From: Eledone cirrhosa
Lineage: Eukaryota
DNA length: 64,000 nt
Direction: 5' to 3'
Assembly (NCBI GenBank): GCA_964016885.1
Contig: OZ024741.1
Coordinates: 275,342,001-275,406,000 of the forward strand
The notes under the pieces are model-generated. The model had not been told where the DNA came from and ran no database searches. It saw only the letters and a list, made by a program, of their open reading frames with translations. Below are positions 42,613 to 57,090 of the stretch, in pieces. A program made the translations under genes and the position numbers. How positions within the stretch are numbered: position 1 is the first letter of the stretch; each line of letters starts with the position of its first letter.

Positions 42613-43949
42613 GTAGTTGTTGTTATTGTAGTAGCTGTTGTTGTTTTATGTAGTGGTGGTTGTTGTTGTTATTGTAATAGCTGTTGTTTTATGTAGTGGT
42701 GGTTGTAGTGGCTGTTGTTGTGGCTGTTGTTATTGTTATTATGGTAGTGGTGGTTGTTGTTATTTCATGTAGTTGTTGTTTTAGCCTTTGGTTAAGGCTA
42801 TCATGTAGTAGCTGTTGTTATTGTCGTAGTCATTGGTTAAGGCAGTCAATTTGGCAGAGTTGTCAGAGCATTGAATATTTGTTCCAAGTTTGTGTCAGGA
42901 GTTCAAATTCCACCAAGGTCCACTTTCTCTTTCATCCTTCCAAGATCAATACAATAGAGTACCAGTCAAATCAATCGCCCCCCCCCCCCCCCCCTCTCTC
43001 TCTCTCTTCAAAGGATGGCTTTGTACCAAAATTAGAAACCATGTATGTACAAACAATGGGCTTCTACAGTTTCACTCACAAGATTAGAGTAGAAGACTCA
43101 AGGTACCACACAGTGGGAGTGAACCAGAAACCACAACATTGCAAAACCAACTCCTTAACCACACAGCCATACCTGTACCTAAACAGTACTACCTTTTCTA
43201 AACCAACTCCTTAACAACACAGTCTGTACCTGTACACCACTGACTTTTCTAAACCAACTCCTTAATCACAGGCATACCTGTGCCTATACAGTACTAGCTA
43301 GCTAAAGTCTGTCCCAAGCCAGAAGGCTTGTTAGGCTGGTATTTATCCTGGTTTTGTGGTGAGGAGCGACTGGGAGTCCAAGACTCCCCTCAGGCCAAGT
43401 AATTCTTTGTGAGTGAATTTGGTGGCTACCTTGGGCAAGTGTCTTCTATTATAACCTCAGGCCAAGTAATTGCTTGTGAGTGAATTTGGTAGACAGTAAT
43501 AGTAAAGAAGACCATCATATATGTGTATGTATGTGTGTCAATAATTTTGCTCTCTGAAACAATCATAAAACGGTAGATTAATTAACTACTTAACCTTATT
43601 ATTTTTATTCTTTCATTGTTTAACATTATTTATAAGTATCTAGTGAAATCCCACCTAGGTTAGCTCTGCCTATCATCCTTACAGGGTCGATAAAATAAAG
43701 CACCAGTAATGCACTGGGGTCAATTTAATCAACTTTTCCTTCTCCCCATATTTGTTGGCCTTGTGTCTAAATCAGAAACCATTATATACAAATATTCGTA
43801 GTTTTACATACTCAACAACCTGTACTAAAGTATATCATCTTTCTACAAAAACAGAAAGCACTCTACTTTGATACAATATTCACTTCAACATTACATTGAG
43901 TTCTAAAATGGATATAAATTCTACCCTGACTAGGTGGAACATATATGTG

Positions 43950-46455
43950 TAGTATGTGGTTAGAGAATTGGGTTCACAATCGTGAGGTTGTGAGTTCGAT
44001 TCCTGGACTGAGCAATGTATTGTGTCCTTCAGCAAGACACTTTATTTCACATTGCACCAGTTCACTCAGCTTCAGAAGTGAGTTACAACATCACTGATGC
44101 CAAGCTGTATCTGCCTTTACCTTTCACTTGGCTAACATCATATATATAGTATACTGTACTTAGTGTGTATATAATGTATATATGAGTCGTAACATCACTG
44201 GTGCTGAGCTGTATCTGCCTTTACCTTTCACTTGGCTAACATCATATATATAGTATACTGTACTTAGTGTGTATATAATGTATATATGAGTCGTAACATC
44301 ACTGATGCCAAGCTGTATCTGCCTTTACCTTTCACTTGGCTAACATCATATATATAGTATACTGTACTTAGTGTGTATATAATGTATATATGAGTCGTAA
44401 CATCACTGATGCCAAGCTGTATCTGCCTTTACCTTTCACTTGGCTAACATCATATATATAGTATACTGTACTTAGTGTGTATATAATGTATATATGAGTC
44501 GTAACATCACTGGTGCTGAGCTGTATCTGCCTTTACCTTTCACTTGGCTAACATCATATATATAGTATACTGTACTTAGTGTGTATATAATGTATATATG
44601 AGTCGTAACATCACTGATGCCAAGCTGTATCTGCCTTTACCTTTCACTTGGCTAACATCATATATATAGTATACTGTACTTAGTGTGTATATAATGTATA
44701 TATGAGTCGTAACATCACTGATGCCAAGCTGTATCTGCCTTTACCTTTCACTTGGCTAACATCATATATATAGTATACTGTACTTAGTGTGTATATAATG
44801 TATATATGAGTCGTAACATCACTGATGCCAAGCTGTATCTGCCTTTACCTTTCACTTGGCTAACATCATATATATAGTATACTGTACTTAGTGTGTATAT
44901 AATGTATATATGAGTCGTAACATCACTGATGCCAAGCTGTATCTGCCTTTACCTTTCACTTGGCTAACATCATATATATAGTATACTGTACTTAGTGTGT
45001 ATATAATGTATATATGAGTCGTAACATCACTGATGCTGAGCTGTATCTGCCTTTACCTTTCACTTGGCTAACATCATATATATAGTATACTGTACTTAGT
45101 GTGTATATAATGTATATATGAGTCGTAACATCACTGATGCCAAGCTGTATCTGCCTTTACCTTTCACTTGGCTAACATCATATATATAGTATACTGTACT
45201 TAGTGTGTATATAATGTATATATGAGTTGTAACATCACTGATGCTGAGCTGTATCTGCCTTTACCTTTCACTTGGCTAACATCATATATATAGTATACTG
45301 TACTTAGTGTGTATATAATGTATATATGAGTCGTAACATCACTGATGCCAAGCTGTATCTGCCTTTACCTTTCACTTGGCTAACATCATATATATAGTAT
45401 ACTGTACTTAGTGTGTATATAATGTATATATGAGTCGTAACATCACTGATGCCAAGCTGTATCTGCCTTTACCTTTCACTTGGCTAACATCATATATATA
45501 GTATACTGTACTTAGTGTGTATATAATGTATATATGAGTCGTAACATCACTGATGCCAAGCTGTATCTGCCTTTACCTTTCACTTGGCTAACATCATATA
45601 TATAGTATACTGTACTTAGTGTGTATATAATGTATATATGAGTCGTAACATCACTGATGCCAAGCTGTATCTGCCTTTACCTTTCACTTGGCTAACATCA
45701 TATATATAGTATACTGTACTTAGTGTGTATATAATGTATATATGAGTCGTAACATCACTGGTGCCAAGCTGTATCTGCCTTTACCTTTCACTTGGCTAAC
45801 ATCATATATATAGTATACTGTACTTAGTGTGTATATAATGTATATATGAGTCGTAACATCACTGATGCCAAGCTGTATCTGCCTTTACCTTTCACTTGGC
45901 TAACATCATATATATAGTATACTGTACTTAGTGTGTATATAATGTATATATGAGTCGTAACATCACTGATGCTGAGCTGTATCTGCCTTTACCTTTCACT
46001 TGGCTAACATCATATATATAGTATACTGTACTTAGTGTGTATATAATGTATATATGAGTCGTAACATCACTGATGCCAAGCTGTATCTGCCTTTACCTTT
46101 CACTTGGCTAACATCATATATATAGTATACTGTACTTAGTGTGTATATAATGTATATATGAGTCGTAACATCACTGATGCCAAGCTGTATCTGCCTTTAC
46201 CTTTCACTTGGCTAACATCATATATATAGTATACTGTACTTAGTGTGTATATAATGTATATATGAGTCGTAACATCACTGATGCTGAGCTGTATCTGCCT
46301 TTGCCTTTCACTTGGACAGCATTGGTGGTGAAAAGAGGGGTGACTGGTATGCATGTGATTGCAGTTCTTCCACAAAAACACCTTGCCCGGATTTGTGCCT
46401 TGGAGGGGAACTTTCTAGATGCAAATTCCATCGTCATTTGTGACCAAAGAAGGTT
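43950..46455 (+). mobile_element. Second tRNA-derived SINE family (CORE-like CCTTGAGCAAGACACTT), here split by a minisatellite; other copies ~1-130, ~15985-16128 (-), ~41510-41600, ~49615-49760
   Basis: GTGGTTAGAG A box, GAGTTCGATTCC B box and core motif; the 3' part at 46315-46455 matches window positions 1-130. Confidence 0.75.
44080..46315. repeat. 104-bp tandem repeat, ~21.5 near-identical copies
   Basis: aacatcactg recurs every 104 nt from 44087 to 46271; variants gatgccaag, ggtgctgag and gatgctgag. Confidence 0.97.
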
Positions 46456-47429
46456 CTTGATATATGTGTATGTGTGTTTGTCTTTTCTCCACATTCAACA
46501 TCACAGGTAGTTATATTTGCTTATGTATATGTAACCAGAGGTCCTACTGTTCACTGGTTAGATGTGTGAAGATCCATCCATACCTTAAAAAAACACTAGT
46601 GAGGGTTGGTATCAGCAAGGGTTCCCAGCTGTCAAATTCTGACCTGAAAAGTCTCATCCGACCTTTGCCAACATGAAAAAAAAACATGTAAAAGTGATGA
46701 AAATGAAAAATTTAATAAATATATTAACCCTTTTGATACCAACCCACCTGAAACCACCCTGGTCTATGATAAAGATAAAACTTTATTTTGAAATGCTTAT
46801 ATTTATGTAAAAAACCTTTAAGTAATGTTCCAAATACAAGTTTAATAATGCTTTCTAAAATAGGCACAAGGATTGCAATTTGGTGTGGGGTTGGGCAGGG
46901 TTGAAAGTTTGTTATATCGACCCTAGTAACTGGCACTTTGTTTCATTGACCACTGAAGGACAAAAGCTTAAGTTAACCTCGACAGAATTTGAACACAGAA
47001 TATAAAGAGCTGGAAGAAAAACCACAAAGCACTTTAGCCACCACCCTTAACAATTCTACCAATCCACTGGCCTCTTTAATAATGCATGACAGGTACTTTA
47101 TTTTATCGACGTCGGAAGGATGAAAGGCAAAGCTAACTTTTCGGGATTTGTGCTCAGAACGTAAAGGGACGTAACTCTATGCCGCTAAGCATGTTGTCCA
47201 ATGCTCTACTGATTCTGCCAATCCACCGCTCACTTTAATAATAATAAAACACTAGTTATTTTACTAAATCCCTCTTTAATAATAACAAAGTTATATTACT
47301 AAATCCCTCTAAATTCTTGATTATTTTGAAAATTAATTCAAAAACCATAGGCTTTGTCTTTCATTTGAAATGTAACAAAAGAGTTAATTTTCTTTGCTCT
47401 TTCTCATTTAATTGTTTCTCTTTTTGCAG

Positions 47430-47858
47430 GACAAATATTTGTTGGCGCTAGCAGAAACTGAAAATGTACGTATGAGAATGAATAAACAGATTCAAGATTC
47501 GAAATTATTCAGCATTCAGGGATTCTGTCGAGATCTTTTGGAGGTTGCTGATATTTTGACCAAAGCCACAGAATCAGTACCAAAGGAGGAATTGGAGAGA
47601 AATAGCCACCTAAAGAGCTTATTTGAAGGTTTGATCCTGACAGAAAATCAACTGCAGAAGGTATTTAACAAACACGCCATTGAACAGATCACACCGAAAG
47701 AAGGGGAGAAATTTGACCCTTACCTCCACGAAGCCATGTTTGAAGTGAGCTGTGAAGGGAAAGAAGGTGGCACTGTAGCAACCCTTACAAAATTAGGCTA
47801 CAAACTTCATAATCGAACAGTACGACCAGCTGTAGTGGGTGTGTACAAAGCAATGTAA
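47430..47858 (+). CDS. GRPEL1: Mitochondrial GrpE homolog, exon 3 (GrpE domain, stop)
   Basis: Acceptor tctctttttgcag; DKYLLALAETENVRMR...FCRDLLEVAD...GEKFDPYLHEAMF...GYKLHNRTVRPAVVGV is the canonical GrpE signature; AATAAA at 47952. Confidence 0.97.
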   Translation, partial: DKYLLALAETENVRMRMNKQIQDSKLFSIQGFCRDLLEVADILTKATESVPKEELERNSHLKSLFEGLILTENQLQKVFNKHAIEQITPKEGEKFDPYLHEAMFEVSCEGKEGGTVATLTKLGYKLHNRTVRPAVVGVYKAM

Positions 47859-50800
47859 TAAGGAAAGACAGTTTAGGAATTCCAAAGAACAATGTGTTAG
47901 GGTTGGGCAGGGATTGAACAAGGGAAGGGCGTTTTTGGTTTACAGACAGAAAATAAATAAAAAAATAAAAATTCAGTAAATTTGGTCCACTTTCTCTGTT
48001 GAGAAAATAGTGGGTGAAAGTTTATTTAAAAAGAGAGACACATTTAGCTGAAAGTGTGAGGTCAAAGGTGACTGTAAATTTGGTATTTTACAAGTAAAGG
48101 AGACATCTCTAAAAGGACTTGTGTCTGTTTATTGATTTTAAATTATCCTGTAAAGTAGTAGTGCTGGTGCCACAATAAAATGCTCTCAGTTCACCCTGTA
48201 AAGTAGTAGTACTGGTGCCACGATAAAATGCACGCAGTCCACCCTGTAAAGTGTTAAGAAGGGCATACAAGCAAGACATGGTCACCTGACTGAACTGCCT
48301 TCAGAATGTAACTGTCTGTCTAACATATGCAAGCATAGTATGAATGGTGATGATGATAATGATGATTGTCATCATCATTATCATGGTAAATTAAATTCAT
48401 TAATATCAATATTATCATTTTAAAAAGGTTTTCTTGAGCTTAGAGCTTATCTTGGTTTTATAGTGTTAACCCTTTAGCATTTACATTACTCTATATTTAC
48501 TGTTGTATTTTCACGGTAAAAGCTTTATCTCGCATAATCATCTCACATAATATCAAATCTACGAGATTTTGATATGTGATATTTATTTTGAGAACAATGC
48601 CTTAACATAAGTGTGAGCAACCGGTTGCAACCAGTTTGAATAGAAAGAAGTGAGAGATTCTGATTGGATATGGCTGGTTTAAATGCTAAAGGGTTAAATG
48701 ACTGACAGTAGAAGACTTCCAGTATACAGGGTGTGTTAAAAAGAATCATCCAATTCTATTTACTATTTTTACCAATACTTAATATGTAAATAACTTTATA
48801 AAAATTTATACAAGTTATAAAAAAAATAATAAAACTTTATATTCAGATCTGTATTGTACAAGTTGTCATTTGTTTCAAAAATATAGTTTTTTGAAATCAG
48901 TTGATTCATTTTGATACACCTTGTATATAGATTTAGTGAACACTTTTATGTTTTGTACCACAAATACATAAAATCTCCCCTTCTTTCTCTCTCATCGTCA
49001 TTTTTATGTCAACTTTTCCATGCTGATATGGGTTGGACAGGATGGTTTGAGACAATGTTTTATAGCCTTATGCTCTTCCTGACTCCAATCCTTTCAGTCT
49101 CCTGTTATGATGTGGATATATGTATACACACACATATATACCCTACCCTTACATTGTAAAGTTATGTTGGTATCACAACAAAATTTCGTCCAGCCAACAC
49201 TGTAAAGTGGTCGTGTGGGTGTCAGGACAAAAAGCACCCAGTACTCACTGTAAAGTGGTCCTGTAGGAGTCACAACAAAAAGCACTCAGCACACCCTGTA
49301 AATGTGGTTGGCGTTAGGAAGGGCATCCAGCCATAGAAACCAACCCCAAATCAGTTCTGTGTGAGCGAAACATGCCCCCCCCCCCCCCCAACCTGACCTC
49401 TCACAAAGAGACAGCCCATACTAGCATGGAAAATGGATGTTAAACGGTGATGATGGCTCTGTAAATGGTATGTGGTTGGTGTTAGGAAGGGCATCCAGCT
49501 GTAAAAATCCCAGCCAAATTAATAGTCCTGTCAGAGCAAAGTGGTCAATGCAAGAATGGAAAATGTACGTTTAACAGTGATGATGATGATGATGATATAT
49601 GTATGTACACTCATGGAGGCACATGGCTTAGTGGTTAGAGCATGGGGCTTGCAATCGAAAGGTTGTGAGTTCAATTCTCAGACCAGGTGATGTGTTGTTT
49701 CCTTGAGCAAGACACTTTATTTCACATTGCTCCAGTTTACTCAGCTGTAGAAATGAGATGATAGGACTGGGGTCCCTATCATTCCACTGTAAAGTGGACG
49801 TGTAGGCGCCACAGAAAAAAGCACCCAGCACTCACTGTAAATGAGGTTGGTGTTAGGAAGGGCATCCAGCTGTAGAAATAAAGCCAGAATCAGTTCCTGT
49901 CCCATCCTTGCAAGCAGGGAAAAGCGGACGTAAAATGATGATGATGATGACTCAATAATTGTGAAGGTCCGATGCTGATGTTCATAATTCCTTTATTCAT
50001 AAAGCTGTGGTACATATTTCAATCCCGTTCATGGTATGTAATGCTTTGATCACACAACCAATAACACAGCATCATCAGACATCATCTTATGCAATAAGAT
50101 GTTATCAATGCAATATAAGCTAAAGACAGACCTCTCTAGTGAAAACATTAAATTACATTACTTGATGTTTTGTAAAATGCTAAAAATAACAGCCAAATAA
50201 AACAGAATTGACACTGGGACATTTTAAATACTGTTTTTCAGAGAATATCTTATGCAGTTATGATAAAAATTGTACATAGATTTATGAAAGCATATACATT
50301 TATTTATAAGAAAATTGACAAGATCAAAGGGATGTCTAAGGACAAGATTGCAAGACAACCTCACCAACCACCTGAGACACTCGTGGCCAAGGCTGGCAAG
50401 GGACAGATGTCAGTGGGAGGAGTCTGGATGAGGGGGCGGGGGCGGGGGTCCTCTGTGAGTGATTTCAAGACCCTGGATCAAGATATATGTATATATATAA
50501 ATTTAATAGTTATCCACTCACCATCGAAATGACAAGGGCTCAGCCAAGAGGCAGTAACCTATTACAATATATATATATATATATATATTAGTTCTTATAT
50601 ATACATATATATATCTACTAGATGTCAACTTGTCTATCTATAAATTTACCTACCTACCTTTCTGTCTGTCTGTCATTCAATAGTTAATTACTGATGTATA
50701 TTTACCAATGTATCTACCTTCAGGCAAGAACACCAATAACAAAGCCCAAATCCCAATAGCTGTCCGAAGCTATATAGATAAACAGGTAGATAGATAGAAC

Positions 50801-51662
50801 AAAGTCATCATAATTTAGTGGATATATGATTAAAGAAAATATGAAAGAAATTTATTGTAATGAATCTAAAATGAAATACAGCAATGGCAAGGAAGAAGGT
50901 CAAAGATTCAAGTATCGTTACATAGAATGTTGTAATCAAAGAATTAATAAATTAAATCTTTTTTTTTACTATAAACCCCATCATTTATGCTAGTATATAC
51001 AAATATTTACATTATGCATATGTATATACACACATGTATAAATAGATACATATATGCACACACAAACACACACACACACATATATAATCAGTTTATGTCC
51101 ACCTTTCCATGGTGGTATGAGTATGACAAGCTGTTATAGTCCAAACCAGTTTTTATTTGCCCTACCCTTAGACAGGTCAGAAGACCCCCCACATCACACT
51201 GGTATACACATATATATCAGTGGCGAAGGGTAACCTGGAAAGCAGGGCATGCAGTCCAATCGCCATGGCGGAAAGTGGGGCTGTGCAGCCTCCCCCCCCC
51301 CCCCCCCCCCCCTCCCCCAATTCCCTCTAAATGACCCTCCTGGTCAAAGCTGCATGTAGTGTTATCTAGTGTGTGTGTGTGTTATCTTTTTATGTGTCTG
51401 ATTTAGTAAGCAGCCAAAATTCTGCTTGCTTCAACCGACACAATTGATCAACTCAAGAGTCTATAACGCATGCACGCACCCTTCGCCTCTAATATATATA
51501 TATATATATATGTAGATGTATATAATATATATATATATATACATACATGTGTGTGCATGTATATGTGTTTATACATGTGTGTATATATATTATTATTATT
51601 GGCATTCGTCAGTCTCAAAAGCCCATGGATCTGTGCCTGAAGAATTTTGTGTCAGCTGCTAA

Positions 51663-51693
<31 letters not shown>

Positions 51694-52576
51694 CAGGGTG
51701 TGAACGATATTTGTTCGCAATTTTCAATTGCTAATTTTATGCAAATTTTTTTTACTTCCGTTGTCATTCTTGTCTTCATAAAAACAGTGACTATATTTCC
51801 ATTATTTATTTTCAGAATAATTGATTATGAATAATTTTGAACTTCCAAATTTGTGGAAGAGACACAGAGTTCTTCTTGGAATCCGCGCCGGGAGGACAAA
51901 TAAGACCATAAGATCAACTCCCAGAACAACAGGTGGCTCGCTGTCTCATCCAAAGACGTGCCCAGAGTCATGCAGACAAAGTTTCCAGCGACAACATTGG
52001 TCTTAGGTGTCGTCAGCAGTCAAGGTGACGTCATGCCACCTCACTACTTCCCTGAGAGCCTCAAGCTGAACACTGATGGCTACATCCGCGTTCTGAGCGA
52101 GGTAGTAAAGCCCTGGATCGACCAGGTAGCTGCAGGTTAGCCGTACGTGTAGCAGCAAGTCTCAGCGCCCTGCCATACCAGCCGAAAGACCCAAGCCTGG
52201 CTGTCAGAGAACTTCGATGACCACATTTCACCTGAAATCTGACCTCCCAGCTCGCCTGACTGCAACCCCCCCTCGACTTCTTTGTCTGGGGCGCAGTGGA
52301 ACGAGACACCAACAGATCTAGCTGCAATACGAAAGACGATCTGAAGGCCAGGATCACAAGTGCCTTTAGGGGCCTAAGCTGGGGAACAGTGACGAAGGCC
52401 TGTAGCCGGTTCCGAGGCCGTCATCAAAGCCAATGGCAGGTTTATCGAGTGAGATCGAAAGGACAAGTCATGAAGACAAACTGACCCAAGTTTGATAAAT
52501 AAATCTTAAAAAATAAAACTACTGTGTTAATTTTTCCTTGACAGTAATCTTGCGAACAGATATCGTCTGCACCCTG
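51694..52576 (+). mobile_element. Internally deleted Tc1/mariner transposon, maT (DD37D)-like
   Basis: TA-CAGGGTG...CACCCTG-TA TIRs; remnants QTKFPATTLVLGVVSSQGDVMPPHYF and PPSSPDCNP-LDFFVWG. Confidence 0.85.
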
Positions 52577-52951
52577 TATATATATATGCGCGTGTGTGTG
52601 TGTACGAATAAAATTTGTTTGTGTAGATCAGTGTACAAACAAAAATAAAACAAGTAAGATTGCTTACCAAAGTATTTTTCTCAAAATGGTCCTTGTAGGT
52701 TACAGTAATAGTCCCCCAAAATATATATACATTTGTGTGTGTGTATATTTGTAGGTATGTTTGAATATACAAATGAAAGGGTGGAAATCCCTAATACAGA
52801 AGTATGAAGTAAACATTTATTTTAAAACTGAGGATAGGCTGTTATTACTCTGTTTTTGCTACAATAATAACTTTGAGTACTAAGTCACCACAGCTCTATA
52901 CATACATATACACACACATATATGCATGTGTATTTATATATATATATATAT

Positions 52952-53930
52952 GTTTAACCCCGACAGCAGAGCTCAAGCCGTTTCGACGGCTATTTCTGGA
53001 TTAAATTAGAATTTTTAGCGTGGTAAATAAATATCCGAACTTTTCAAGGAGTAATTCCTTATATGGGAAGATTGTAGTTGTCAAAAGGATTGGTCAAAAT
53101 TTCTAGTAAACACAAATCTTTCATGGCAGTGGGTGGGAGCTGGGGTTTCTCCTATCTTGTTTGGCTGAACAAGATAGGAGAAACCCTAGCTAACATAGGT
53201 AGATGTACTTCTTTTCTTCTTCCTTTTATCTCTTCCTATCACTTCCTTCCACTCCCTCTCCTCTTCCTTTTCCTTTTTCCTCTTTTGCCTACCCCGAGGC
53301 AATCCATCGGGCTTTTGTAGCCTCAGTACCACCACCCCAGTAAATTTTATATAGCATTGGCCGAAAACGCAGTACCAGCTAATTATAGCAGCTGCTTTAG
53401 ACTCTAGAGATTTTTTTATTATTTTTTATTATTTAATTTTATTATTTTTATATTTTTTTATTTTTTATTTATTTATTATCTTTTAATCTCAATTTATTAA
53501 CCTATTCTATAATGTCCCACTCTCTAATTCCTCCAGAATCCTTTTTCACCTGCTTCTTAACTAGCCTAATTTCACACTCCTTAGAATTTGCTGTATAGAA
53601 TTCACTTTCAACGTTTGACCGGCTCCACCCACTCCCTCATTGTTCTACAGGCAAGTTCAGCCACCACCACCTCCAACCCACTGCCATGAAAGATTTAATT
53701 GTGTTTACAAGAAATTTTGACCAATCCTTTTGACAACTACAATCTTCCCATATAAGGAATTACCCCTTGAAAAGTTCGGCTAAAAATTCTAATTTAGTCC
53801 CGAAACAGCTTGAGCTCTGCCGTCGGGGTTAAACATTTTCCTATTACCCACTCTACTACCCTAAGTATTGAGTACTCTGGTGCGTTATGGTTCATCTGTT
53901 TCCTTACCACACCTCTTTCGTTAAATATCT
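52952..53930. mobile_element. Fold-back element with ~170-190-bp inverted arms, probably Penelope-like-derived
   Basis: Arms ~52952-53140 and ~53671-53836. The right arm begins with LQPTAMKDL (similar to PLE ORF ends) and is followed by ATTGAGTACTCT and a TA tract. Confidence 0.6.
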
Positions 53931-54945
53931 TTATATATATAAAAGCGAGGATGTGTGTATGTCTGTGTACAACTTTGGATACCTAAGGCTTTTACAATTA
54001 CCAACCGAATTTGACCAAATTTTCTATGCATGTTGCACAGGTCGCTAAGATGGTCACATCACAAAAATTTTCAAATCGACCCACGTTGAGCAATAAAAAA
54101 TCGATATCAAAATTATCGGTAGCAAAATTGATGTAAGGGAGATAACCAACTTTATTGACAATCCTTATAAAGAGAGTGTGATATGGAGACCTTCGTTTTC
54201 AATTTTAAAACACTCATCGTCGGACGAAATTTCAGAAATATAAACATCAGATTCATTTGAAGATAAATCACTAATATTATCGTTTGTTTCTTGTTTATTC
54301 TTTGTTGCACTTGCAAAACTAAAAAAACACTTGTTTTAACTTGTTTCACTATATTAAGTGTTAATTTTCACGTTAAGGGCCTAATCTCGCAGCAGTCTCG
54401 AATTGACGAGATTTTGATGATGGTTTGTTTATTTTTAGAACAATCCTTATGGGACTTTCCATTCAAACCATTGGGACCTACAGCTTTTACATTTTTAAAG
54501 TAATTTCATCCACATTTGAGGCAGGCATTATCTATGCTTCCAGCTGTATTTGTACACATCAAACTTTTTTGACAATGAAGGAACATACTGAACAGGATTC
54601 TTCCTGGATGTCCACGGATATATACATCTATTGATACTGTATGTGATCCACAGGATGCGGTCAACTATCCAGTTGAATTTCTAAAGTCTTTAAATCCTCC
54701 TGGTTTACCTCCTAATACATTGGTTCTCCTAATACATGTATTATTTTGCTGAGAAATATCACTCCTCCAAAACTATGCAATGGTACACGCCTTGTGGTTA
54801 AAAAACTGTCTCCACTTAGTATTGACGCTACCATTCTATCTGGATGTGGAAAAGGTGAGGATGTGATAATAACAAAAATTAGCCTGGCTACATCAGGCGT
54901 GGATACTCCCTTCTCCTTTCGCCGAACCCAATTTCCCATTCCTTT
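53929..54945 (+). mobile_element. Helitron fragment (Pif1-like helicase remnant)
   Basis: TCTTTATATATATAAAAG Helitron-like 5' end; YPVEFLKSLNPPGLPP and LLRNITPPKLCNGTRLVV...FRRTQFPI helicase motifs. Confidence 0.85.
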
Positions 54946-55632
54946 TCACACGGACAATTCTACATTGCCTGCTCACGAGTTGGCAGTTGAGATAATCTCT
55001 TCCAAAAAGAAAAACAAAGAATATCGATTATCCTGAAGTGCTTTAGTGTTAAAAAAAACTTATTACAGCTCTGCCTTGACTTCACCTTACTCATTACAAA
55101 ACATACCAATGTATATGTCATGCAGGATATTTTGGATTATAAGTACAGCGGAGTTTATTCCAGAGAAAGATAGAAAGTGAGAGAGATGAAATAAGAAATA
55201 TATATACAGAAGGAATCGACCCCAGTACTAGACTGGTACTTTTTTTTTTTTATCAACCTCGAAAGGATGAAATGTAAAGTTGACCTCAGAGGGCAGAGAA
55301 CCAGAATGAATACCATAAAGCATTCCTATCCAATGTTCTAACAACTCTGTTGATTCGCCACCTGTATGTATATATATGATGGCTGCCCCCTCATTATCGA
55401 GTATGGCCATTGCACGAGAAAAAAACAACAACATAATAATAACAAAAATAATAATAATGACAACAACAACAATAATATACATATATATATATACACACAC
55501 ATACACACACATAAACATATCTATACACACACACATACATGCATATTTATATATATATACACACACACACATGATAATGTTGATCTGGATATCAGAAGCA
55601 CTGGAATGTCACAGTAGTTGTGTTAAATCAGT

Positions 55633-55743
55633 TTAATTATTAACTGGGTACTGGCTCAGAGTTATTCTTCCTCCACCTTTTCCCAACAGTAACAATGTAG
55701 TTCTCCTATAATTCGAGATGAGTTTCTCAACAGTTTCAAATTT
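55633..55743 (-). CDS. SLP-76/BLNK-like adaptor, last exon (SH2 C-terminal part)
   Basis: Acceptor ttttctgttgcag; KFETVEKLISNYRRTTLLLLGKGGGRITLSQYPVNN* matches the SH2 alphaB/betaG pattern; phase 0. Confidence 0.88.
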   Translation of the reverse strand, partial: KFETVEKLISNYRRTTLLLLGKGGGRITLSQYPVNN

Positions 55744-55821
55744 CTGCAACAGAAAATTAAACATTGATATCACCATCATATATCTACAAATTTATATATA
55801 AAAGAAATTTCCTAATTAATT

Positions 55822-57090
55822 CTTCTAAAATACAGGTACAACACTAATTTTCTGACACCTTTTTTTTTTTTTTTACTCCTGTGTTAGTCTATAAAATATT
55901 CTAAAATACAGGTACAACATTAATTTTCTGGCACCTTTTTTTTTTTTTACTCCTGTGTTAGTCTATAAAATATTCTAAAATACAGGTACAAGACTAATTT
56001 TCTGGCACCTTTTTTTTTTTTACTCCTGTGTTAGTCTATAAAATATTCTAAAATACAGGTACAACACTAATTTTCTGGCACTTTTTTTTTTTTACTCCTG
56101 TGTTAGTCTATAAAATATTCTAAAATACAGGTACAACACTAATTTTCTGGCAACTTTTTTTTTTTTACTCCTGTGTTAGTCTATAAAATATTCTAAAATA
56201 CAGGTACAACACTAATTTTCTGGCAACTTTTTTTTTTTTACTCCTGTGTTAGTCTATAAAATATTCTAAAATACAGGTACAACACTAATTTTCTGGCACC
56301 TTTTTTTTTTTTACTCCTGTGTTAGTCTATAAAATATTCTAAAATACAGGTACAACACTAATTTTCTGGCAACTTTTTTTTTTTTTACTCCTGTGTTAGT
56401 CTATAAAATATTCTAAAATACAGGTACAACACTAATTTTCTGGCACCTTTTTTTTTTTTACTCCTGTGTTAGTCTATAAAATATTCTAAAATACAGGTAC
56501 AACACTAATTTTCTGGCAACTTTTTTTTTTTTTACTCCTGTGTTAGTCTATAAAATATTCTAAAATACAGGTACAACACTAATTTTCTGGCACCTTTTTT
56601 TTTTTTACTCCTGTGTTAGTCTATAAAATATTCTAAAATACAGGTACAACACTAATTTTCTGGCAACTTTTTTTTTTTTTACTCCTGTGTTAGTCTATAA
56701 AATATTCTAAAATACAGGTACAACACTAATTTTCTGGCAACTTTTTTTTTTTTTACTCCTGTGTTAGTCTATAAAATATTCTAAAATACAGGTACAACAC
56801 TGGTTTTCTGATACCTTTAGTTTTACACCTGTGTTAATCTATAGAATATTCTAAAATACAGATACCCTTTAGTTTTACACCTGTGATGAACTATAAAATA
56901 GTTCTAAATACAGGTACAACATTGATTTTCTGGTGCCTTTGGTTTTACACGTGCGCTGAACTATAAATTAATTCTCCTAAAATACAATTAAAACCCTGAT
57001 TTTCTGACACCTTTAGCTTCAGACCTATGCTGGACTATGAAATAATTCTTTTAAATATAGGCACAACTCTGATTTTCTGGCACTATTAGT
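55822..57090. repeat. ~74-bp minisatellite with poly-T core, ~13 homogeneous plus ~4 degenerate units
   Basis: ttctaaaatacaggtacaacactaattttctggc...(T)n...actcctgtgttagtctataaaata tandem array in the last intron of the SH2 gene. Confidence 0.95.

Noticed and set aside
44080-46315. Regularly spaced repeats resembling a CRISPR array
   Set aside because: Units are fully tandem with no unique spacers, the context is a eukaryotic intron, and there are no cas genes.
54712-55036. Host PIF1 helicase gene
   Set aside because: Fragmentary and frameshifted, without splice structure, and preceded by a Helitron-like 5' end.
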